Source: Trichlorobacter lovleyi SZ (lineage in GTDB: Bacteria > Desulfobacterota > Desulfuromonadia > Geobacterales > Pseudopelobacteraceae). Taken from it: a stretch of 32,000 nt of DNA. Location: positions 1,500,001 to 1,532,000 of the forward strand of contig NC_010814.1 of the NCBI RefSeq assembly GCF_000020385.1, given 5' to 3'. Below the pieces are notes generated by a model, which worked only from the letters and a program-made list of their open reading frames with translations, did no database searches and had not been told where the DNA came from. Below, piece by piece: positions 26,369 through 32,000 of this stretch. Made by a program: the position numbers and the translations under genes. The first letter of the stretch is position 1. Each line of letters begins with the position of its first letter.

Positions 26369-26965
26369 TTACCGCATTCCCAACGCCATCTCATCCCCAT
26401 CATCCGCACGCAGCACCAGTCTGTCGTCAGTGATGGCGGTCACCTTGTAGCCGTTGATCAGGCTGTCCCCCACGCGAATCAGTTTGATCTGGCCCCCCTT
26501 GGTCAGAAATGCCACCTGTTTGCCCTGTTTTTTCAACAGTCCCAACGACTTGTACTGTGCCAGCTCTTTGCGGGCCAGCTCCTGAGGTGTTGGCGGTGGC
26601 GGCGGTGGGGGGGGCGGGGGTGGTTTGATCGCTGCCGCTTTTTTGGCGGTGATCTTGGCCTCGACAACCTGTAGCGGGATAAAGAGATCCCGTTTGATCC
26701 GTACCTCGGCCTGCTCCGGTTCGGGTACTGCCAACGGCTGGTAGGCCGCTGCCGCAGGAACGGTTGTTCTTGCCGGTGGTTGAGCCGGAGCGGATGGTTG
26801 AGCCGGAGCGGATGGTTGAGCCGGAGCGGGACGCCGGGCAGGCAAGGTGCTGCCAGCCGGCCGGGGGGCAGCAACCTGTTGCCGGGGAGTCCGCAGCCAG
26901 GCATAGGCTAGCGAGAGCATGAAGATGAACAGGAGTACGATCAGCAGCTGTTTCTGGCGGCTCAT
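26369..26965 (-). CDS. PilP-like (or GspC-like) inner-membrane protein that probably contacts the secretin; Pro-rich linker
   Basis: N-terminal TM LLIVLLFIFMLSLAYAW. PAQPSA tandem repeats and an 11-Pro run. C-terminal beta domain VAFLTKGGQIKLIRVGDSLINGYKVTAITDDRLVL. ATGA overlap with the upstream gene (26965-26962). Lies immediately upstream of the secretin. Confidence 0.7.
   Translation of the reverse strand: MSRQKQLLIVLLFIFMLSLAYAWLRTPRQQVAAPRPAGSTLPARRPAPAQPSAPAQPSAPAQPPARTTVPAAAAYQPLAVPEPEQAEVRIKRDLFIPLQVVEAKITAKKAAAIKPPPPPPPPPPPTPQELARKELAQYKSLGLLKKQGKQVAFLTKGGQIKLIRVGDSLINGYKVTAITDDRLVLRADDGDEMALGMR
26778..26829 (-). repeat. Perfect 18-bp in-frame tandem repeat (about 2.9 copies)
   Basis: ggttgagccggagcggat at 26778-26795 and 26796-26813, plus a 16-nt partial third copy. 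Encodes (PAQPSA)n in the PilP-like linker. Confidence 0.9.
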
Positions 26966-27522
26966 GGCTGCTTCTCCCGCAGGTAAATGGTGAGTTGCAG
27001 GTCAAGCACGACCTTTTCGAGGCCGGGATCCGGGCTGGAGAAGGAGACGCTGTCAAGGGTTGAGATACCGTCAAGACGTTCCAGATCGCCGATAAGGCGC
27101 TTCAATCCGGGGTAGCTGCCGTTGGCAGAACAGGTCATGCTATAGGCCAACAGGCCGTCAAGGTCAGTCTTGCGAATCTTGTAGCTCATCACACCGGGGG
27201 TGGCATTGCGCAGTGCCATGAAATCAAGGATTTCACTGATCACGCGGGGAAACTCATGGCGATAGGGGATGGTTGCGTAAAGTTCCCGGATCTGCTCCCT
27301 GTCACGCTGGTAGCTGTCGGCACGTTGGGCTTCGGCCCGGGGCGCTGTCAGGCGCCGTTTGCTGTTCCAGTCCGACTGTTGCTGTGCCAGCAGGGTCGTC
27401 TGGTGAAAGCCGGCGTACCAGAGCGATCCACACAGCAGCGTTGCCGCCAGCAGTGCCGTTAGCAGCAGGCGGTTTTCACGCAGGATCTGCAGCAGCAGGG
27501 CTTTTCTCATGGGGTATCCCAT
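26962..27522 (-). CDS. PilO/GspM-like assembly-platform protein
   Basis: Single N-terminal TM (LLLTALLAATLLCGSLWYAG), a coiled region, then an alpha/beta domain. Sits in the M-N-O-P-secretin gene order. An alternative ATG at 27510 forms an ATGA overlap with the upstream stop. Confidence 0.65.
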   Translation of the reverse strand: MGYPMRKALLLQILRENRLLLTALLAATLLCGSLWYAGFHQTTLLAQQQSDWNSKRRLTAPRAEAQRADSYQRDREQIRELYATIPYRHEFPRVISEILDFMALRNATPGVMSYKIRKTDLDGLLAYSMTCSANGSYPGLKRLIGDLERLDGISTLDSVSFSSPDPGLEKVVLDLQLTIYLREKQP

Positions 27523-28055
27523 CCCAGGCTGATCACAAACCTGATGCCGACCGGGGCTCCCGGCATGCCGTGCTGAGCATTGTCGTCGGTTGAAAGCAGG
27601 GTGGGGGTCTTGATTCCGCCGGTGTTGCCAAGCCGCTCCAGCAGATCGGAAAGCAGCGCCAGGCTGCGGACCCGTCCTTCGAGTTTGACCGTTTTTTCCT
27701 TGGTATCGGGGACTATGGCCGTGTAGGCAACGCCGTTGGGAGTGGCCTGTTCAAGTGCGTCCAGCAGCGCCCGCCGGGAACTGCGTCGTTGGGCCAGGAT
27801 ACTGTTCAGGGAGGCCACCTGGCGGCTGTGCAGGCTGAACTCTTTTTCAGCCACCCCGGAAGGTGGTGCGGCAAGCCGTTTGTCAAGCGCGCTGATCGCT
27901 GCTGCCAGTTTGTACGATTCGGCACGGTAGCCGATCAGTTGCCGGGCGCCAAGGATGCTGAGCAACAGCAGCAGGGCCAGCAGACAGAGCAGCCAGCCCC
28001 TGAGCAGGCGGCGGTTGTAGTAACGGCGGGTGGCTAGGTTGATGGCCGTTTGCAT
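27507..28055 (-). CDS. pilN: PilN-like assembly-platform protein
   Basis: INLATRRYYNRR followed by TM LLRGWLLCLLALLLLLSILGA and a coiled coil. Its start overlaps the pilM-like stop as TGATG (28057-28053). Confidence 0.75.
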   Translation of the reverse strand: MQTAINLATRRYYNRRLLRGWLLCLLALLLLLSILGARQLIGYRAESYKLAAAISALDKRLAAPPSGVAEKEFSLHSRQVASLNSILAQRRSSRRALLDALEQATPNGVAYTAIVPDTKEKTVKLEGRVRSLALLSDLLERLGNTGGIKTPTLLSTDDNAQHGMPGAPVGIRFVISLGWDTP

Positions 28056-28975
28056 CAGATCGCTCCCAGACCAGCGCCGACGGCGGCGCTGGTCTGAAAC
28101 AGCTGCAGTGGCGTAAGGCTGAGTTCAGGCCCCTGCTCAACCAGCGCTGCAAGGGCAACCATGCCGGGCGGGGTGCCGCGTGTTTCGGTCAGCAGTGCTG
28201 CAAGCGAAGCATCATGGGGGGCTGTCAGGGCATGACAACTGCCGGGCAGGATACCGCCGTAGCTGTGCCGGGCGGCAGACAGAGACGTTGCCAGTTCCCG
28301 GCGCAGCAGGGTGATCTGACCAGGTCCGGATGGCAGCGTTTTGACCCGGTAGAAAAGCGGCCTGGCATCAGATAGTGCAATGGTGCCGAGGACGTTGTCG
28401 TACAGGGTAATGATCTGCCCTGTATCCATGGGCAGACGGTCAAGCAGCCGCAAGAGGTGCAGTGTATGAAAACCGATCCGTGCCGGTTGCAATCCTGCCT
28501 CCTGAAACAGATCTTCATACTGTTGGATCACCGTGCGATGCACCAGGGCTACCAGCAGGTCAGTACTGCCGTCCGGCTTGCGTTCCAGCAGGTGAAAATC
28601 AAGCTGCAGCAGTTCAGGTTCCATGCCCAGCCGCTTGGCCAGTTTCCAGCGGAGCATGCCGGTTGCCTCGTCACGGGTTTTCCATGGCTCATCAAGGCGT
28701 GTCAACAGCAGGAGACCGGCATTGTCGGGCAGTGAAAGTGCTATCCGGCGGGTGGACAGATTAAGACTGCCCCAGGCCTCACGGAGTGAGTTGACAAAGG
28801 CAGCCGGTTGCAGCACCTGGGCTTCTTTCAAACTGGGTTGAAGGGTATTGGCGGGGAGTGCCGTGCGGGTTGCACGCTGCAGTACGATTCTGCCGGCCGG
28901 GCAGGAGAGCATGACGGCTGCTATACCGCCGTGACTGATCTCAATGCCGATTGCTTTTCGCTGCAACAGTCCCAT
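28055..28975 (-). CDS. pilM: PilM/GspL-like actin-fold cytoplasmic assembly protein
   Basis: N-terminal KAIGIEISHGGIAAVML (PilM-like first phosphate-binding strand). 306 aa, no TM. First gene of the M-N-O-P-secretin order. Confidence 0.75.
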   Translation of the reverse strand: MGLLQRKAIGIEISHGGIAAVMLSCPAGRIVLQRATRTALPANTLQPSLKEAQVLQPAAFVNSLREAWGSLNLSTRRIALSLPDNAGLLLLTRLDEPWKTRDEATGMLRWKLAKRLGMEPELLQLDFHLLERKPDGSTDLLVALVHRTVIQQYEDLFQEAGLQPARIGFHTLHLLRLLDRLPMDTGQIITLYDNVLGTIALSDARPLFYRVKTLPSGPGQITLLRRELATSLSAARHSYGGILPGSCHALTAPHDASLAALLTETRGTPPGMVALAALVEQGPELSLTPLQLFQTSAAVGAGLGAI

Positions 28976-29017
28976 AGTGCCCCAGATGACCTGTTTGGCC
29001 GGATTGTGTAAGACCTA

Positions 29018-29046
29018 TCAGTACCATTCAAGTCTGTCGGTGTCAA
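29018..29046 (-). promoter_or_regulatory. Candidate sigma70-type promoter for the pilM-like operon
   Basis: On the - strand: TTGACA (29046-29041), 17-nt spacer, TACTGA (29023-29018). It lies about 45 nt upstream of ATG 28975 and just downstream of the cytochrome terminator. The -10 element is weak. Confidence 0.25.
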
Positions 29047-29072
29047 TCCGGTGGCCGCGTATAAATCAGGTC

Positions 29073-29106
29073 TGAAAAAGAAAGCCCGCCGGTGAATCGG
29101 CGGGCT
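29073..29106 (-). terminator. Rho-independent terminator after the cytochrome gene
   Basis: On the - strand: agcccgccg / attcac / cggcgggct (9-bp GC-rich stem, 29083-29106) followed by TTCTTTTTC. Begins 27 nt after stop 29133. Confidence 0.85.
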
Positions 29107-29132
29107 GGTAAAAGGTGGTGCGTCTCAGTTGC

Positions 29133-31280
29133 CTATTTGGTGGTTTTCAGGCCGCGCTCGGCTGCCCGACTGAAGTTGTGGCAGAAGGAACAGTCATATC
29201 TTCTGTCGGCCACATGCTTGCTGTGTACCTTGGTGAAGCTCAGACTGTCTTCGCTGCCGTGGCACTGGACGCAGACCACGGATTCTGATGCCTTCAAAGC
29301 GTAGCCCATTGACTTCAGGTTCATCTGGGTTGCCGGTACGCTGGTGGTGCCGTGGCAGGCAGCGCACTTCAGGGCGTTGGCCTTGGGGGCCACGGTGTGG
29401 TTCAGCATCTGGTACTCGTCGGCCTTGACCATGCTGTAGGCATCGCCCGGGTTGAGACCCATGTTGGTCAGACCGGACTGAATTGAAGCAGCCACATCGG
29501 CGGTCTTGAAGTAGACCGAGGTGTTCAGGGCGATCAGCTTGCCGCTGGCGGTGTGCATCGGCTGGGTCGAGGTCTTGTACTTGAACGGATACAGCTTGGT
29601 GTTGGCGGTGTTGATGCCGCCGTTGGGACGGCTGATCTTGTAGTTGCCGGTGGCCGGATCGATCACGGCCACATCATACAGGTCATAGACCCAGGAACTG
29701 CCGTCATAGAAGGCGTAGACCGGTTTGAGGTTGTTGGCACGGACAACGGTCGGCTCCCAGCGGTTGTTGGCCACTGACCATTCGGGGGTTACCCAGGTGC
29801 GGTCGGTTTCAGTGGACTGATCACCAAAGCCGGTCACGGTGTCCAGTACGGCATCGGCCGCCTTTCTGCCGTAGGAGGGGATATGGCAGGTCTGGCAGGC
29901 CACACGCCCCACATGGTGGCTGATGTCATAGATGGTGGTGGAACTGAGGGTTGAGCTGCTATGGCCGGTGCTCAGGTTGGTTTTGGTGGTATGGCAGGCC
30001 GAGGTGGAGCAACTGATAAGCGTGGCATTGTCGGTTGGTCGCAGGTCTGAACCTCCGCCAGCCACATGGTGGTCAATGGTGGTATGGCACTGCTGGCAGG
30101 TCAGATTGGCGCCGGTGGAGGCCATATGGACATCGTAGTTGCGGTCGGTGGTGGTGCCGTTGATCAGGGCCAGATCCCCACGCTTGAGGGCATCGCCGCC
30201 GCCGCCCTTGGCATGGCACTGCAGACAGTTTGATTTAACCGGCTTGTGCAGGGTCTGCACGGCCTGATCCATGGAGATGGTCATCTTGGCGGTGTCCGGC
30301 TCAAACAGGCCGGTGGTGGCGTTACGTACCCGCTTGTAGGCAACCTGGTGGCAGATCAGGCAGTCGATGTTCTGGGTGGCATCGGCAATGGTGCCCGGCT
30401 TGGCACCGGCACCGATATGGCATGAACCGCAGCCGTTCCAGTTGCCCAGGGTGTTGATGCAGTAGGCGTTGACGGCGGTGTTCAGCTTGCCGCCGGTTAC
30501 CCCCGGTTTGTTGCTGATCTTGCTATACGGCCCTTCCCATTTGTAGTGGACTGAACCGGCCAGATCGGTGGCCTGTTTGGTGTGGCACTGCAGGCAGGTG
30601 GTGCTGCCGGTGTAGGTCAGATTGGCGTGGTTAGCTGCTGCATCTCCTGCCGGGTTGATGACAAAGGTGCTGGTCTTGGCTGCTTCACTGTTTCCGGCAC
30701 TGTCTATTGCAAAATAGGTAAGCGTCGTCGTGCTGCTGACCGGAATCAGGCCGGTGTAGGCCGCAGAGGCGGTGGTGGGGGTGCTGCCGTCGGTGGTGTA
30801 GTGGATAGTGGCAGCCTCATTAGTGCTCAGCTGGACATTGATCGCTGCCGTAAAGCTGCCGCCGGCGGGGTTGGGCGTTGTTACCGGCGGGGTTAGGTCA
30901 CCAGGAGGTGTCGTTGATCCGCCAATGGTAAGGTTGTCAAGGATCAGGGTGCCCTGGCTGATGGTCAGGCTGCTGCCCAATACGGTTGTGCCGGCCTGAG
31001 CGTTGAAGGCGTCATTGAAGCCGCCCTGTATCGTCAGGGTGACGCCGGGGCGGTTAAAGACAACCGGCGTGCTGTCCGGAAGAGGACTGGCGGTCAACAT
31101 GATGGTTGTCAGTGCGTCGGTCAGTGCAGTCGTGAAAAACTGGTTGTAGTAATAGGTTGCATTGTAAAAGGCGTTTGGCCCGGCAACTACCGCTGTGGAG
31201 ACAGTGGAAAAACAGGTCAGATACAGTGCAGTACCGGCCAGAAATGATAGTAGCCAACGATGCATGGTTGCTATACGCAT
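29133..31280 (-). CDS. Secreted multiheme c-type cytochrome (9 CXXCH plus 1 CX4CH) with a non-heme N-terminal region
   Basis: AAGGAG RBS before ATG 31280. Signal peptide ...CFSTVSTAVVA. Heme motifs: CLQCH, CGSCH, CLICH, CLQCH, CQQCH, CSTSACH, CQTCH, CAACH, CVQCH, CSFCH. The N-terminus carries the shared module (aa ~36-120, nt 30921-31175) and an IHYTTDGSTPT...AIDSAGN domain of the chitobiase/hexosaminidase C-terminal-like type. Confidence 0.92.
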   Translation of the reverse strand: MRIATMHRWLLSFLAGTALYLTCFSTVSTAVVAGPNAFYNATYYYNQFFTTALTDALTTIMLTASPLPDSTPVVFNRPGVTLTIQGGFNDAFNAQAGTTVLGSSLTISQGTLILDNLTIGGSTTPPGDLTPPVTTPNPAGGSFTAAINVQLSTNEAATIHYTTDGSTPTTASAAYTGLIPVSSTTTLTYFAIDSAGNSEAAKTSTFVINPAGDAAANHANLTYTGSTTCLQCHTKQATDLAGSVHYKWEGPYSKISNKPGVTGGKLNTAVNAYCINTLGNWNGCGSCHIGAGAKPGTIADATQNIDCLICHQVAYKRVRNATTGLFEPDTAKMTISMDQAVQTLHKPVKSNCLQCHAKGGGGDALKRGDLALINGTTTDRNYDVHMASTGANLTCQQCHTTIDHHVAGGGSDLRPTDNATLISCSTSACHTTKTNLSTGHSSSTLSSTTIYDISHHVGRVACQTCHIPSYGRKAADAVLDTVTGFGDQSTETDRTWVTPEWSVANNRWEPTVVRANNLKPVYAFYDGSSWVYDLYDVAVIDPATGNYKISRPNGGINTANTKLYPFKYKTSTQPMHTASGKLIALNTSVYFKTADVAASIQSGLTNMGLNPGDAYSMVKADEYQMLNHTVAPKANALKCAACHGTTSVPATQMNLKSMGYALKASESVVCVQCHGSEDSLSFTKVHSKHVADRRYDCSFCHNFSRAAERGLKTTK

Positions 31281-31324
31281 TGCCTCTGCTCCTTGTGGTG
31301 TGGGCGAGTCCGGTGTGAGATGCT

Positions 31325-31435
31325 GAAACTTTTGTTTGGTGAAACTTGTCGATATTATTTTAAAATACCATAAACTATACTTGTCTGGTCAAATAAAAAT
31401 ATTTTAATAGTGTAGTTGTTTAATATAAAATATGG
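31325..31435 (-). promoter_or_regulatory. AT-rich promoter/regulatory island upstream of the cytochrome gene
   Basis: I counted 18 G+C in the 90 nt at 31341-31430 (20%), in an otherwise GC-rich window. It lies between the upstream terminator and the RBS. TTGACC is at 31392-31387 on the - strand, but no convincing -10 sits at canonical spacing. Confidence 0.35.
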
Positions 31436-31440
31436 TCTTG

Positions 31441-31473
31441 CAAAAGCCCCCCTCGCTGTTTCCGAGGGGGGCT
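31441..31473 (-). terminator. Rho-independent terminator after the upstream cytochrome paralog
   Basis: On the - strand: agcccccctcg / gaaacag / cgaggggggct (11-bp stem, 31445-31473) followed by TTTTGC. Begins 25 nt after stop 31498. Confidence 0.8.
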
Positions 31474-31497
31474 TGTTTGTCTTGCCCGTGTTGCTTG

Positions 31498-32000
31498 CTA
31501 CTTGGTGGTTTTCAGGCCACGCTCGGTTGCACGGCTGAAGCTGTGGCAGAAGGAACAGTCATAGCCCTTGCTGGTGACGTGCTTGCTGTGCAGCGAGGTG
31601 AAGCTCGGCATGCTCTTGTTGCCGTGGCACTGGATGCAGACTACGGACTGGGCAGCCTTCATGGTGTAGCCCATCGACTTCAGGTTCATGTGGGTTGCCG
31701 GTACGCTGGCGGTGCCGTGGCAGGCAGCACACTGCAGGGCGTTGGCCTTGGGTGCCACGGTGTGGTTCAGCATCTGGTACTCGTCGGCCTTGACCATGCT
31801 GTAGGCATCGCCCGGGTTCAGACCCATGTTGGTCAGGCCGGACTGGATGGCACCGGCCACATCGGCGGTCTTGAAGTAGACCGAGGTGTTCAGGGCGATC
31901 AGCTTGCCGCTGGCAGTGTGCATCGGCTGGGTCGAGGTCTTGTACTTGAACGGATACAGCTTGGTGTTGGCGGTGTTGATGCCGCCGTTGGGACGGCTGA
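31498..32000 (-). CDS. Multiheme c-type cytochrome, tandem paralog of 29133-31280 (only the C-terminal ~167 codons are in the window)
   Basis: The frame stays open to the window edge. It is colinear without indels with 29133-29635. Contains CAACH, CIQCH, CSFCH and ends ...RGLKTTK like its neighbour. Confidence 0.9.
   Translation of the reverse strand, partial: SRPNGGINTANTKLYPFKYKTSTQPMHTASGKLIALNTSVYFKTADVAGAIQSGLTNMGLNPGDAYSMVKADEYQMLNHTVAPKANALQCAACHGTASVPATHMNLKSMGYTMKAAQSVVCIQCHGNKSMPSFTSLHSKHVTSKGYDCSFCHSFSRATERGLKTTK

Noticed and set aside
24019-27074. Alternative-frame ORFs in the Pro-rich regions (24019-24484, 26427-27074, 26533-26904) and antisense ORFs in the secretin gene (24514-25098, 25249-25935)
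   Set aside because: They are low-complexity Arg/Gly/Pro translations of the secretin tail and PilP-like linker. The annotated frames are supported by TM segments, secretin motifs and ATGA coupling.

Overview
GC-rich window that looks Geobacter/Desulfuromonadia-like (inferred from multiheme cytochromes plus pseudopilin machinery, not proven). No rRNA, tRNA, CRISPR array, transposase or integrase was seen. There are three parts. (1) + strand: the 3' part of a GspE/PilB-type secretion ATPase (1-1079), a 1464-aa Sec-signal-bearing RHS/YD-repeat protein with an unrecognisable 183-aa C-terminal domain (1212-5606), and a small secreted protein (5627-6622). (2) - strand: an almost gap-free co-directional run from 28975 down to 6896. 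It encodes PilM/N/O/P-like assembly proteins, a TPR-lipoprotein secretin with a Pro/Ala-rich tail, two GspG-type pseudopilins and a 3xIPT/TIG protein. Five giant secreted proteins follow: two M6 (InhA-like) metalloproteases, one other HEXXH metalloprotease, and two adhesin-like Ig/IPT/FN3 proteins. (3) - strand: a roughly decaheme c-type cytochrome (29133-31280) and the 3' end of a near-identical tandem paralog (31498-32000). Main observation: an ~85-95-aa module (consensus GG[YF][ND]xxF...TL.G.LT[IV]..G.L.[VI][ED].L[IT]I[KR]) forms the extreme C-terminus of six consecutive secreted proteins, each time preceded by a Cys-containing B-repeat-like domain. The same module occurs immediately after the signal peptide of the cytochrome. 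I do not recognise it as any described sorting signal. Its position between and beside the parts of an atypical T2SS/T4P-like apparatus suggests a dedicated cargo tag or docking domain. That is a hypothesis, not a demonstrated function. The three protease genes also share ~0.56-kb 3' cassettes that are similar at nucleotide level, on a ~1.3-kb common domain chassis with swapped catalytic heads.
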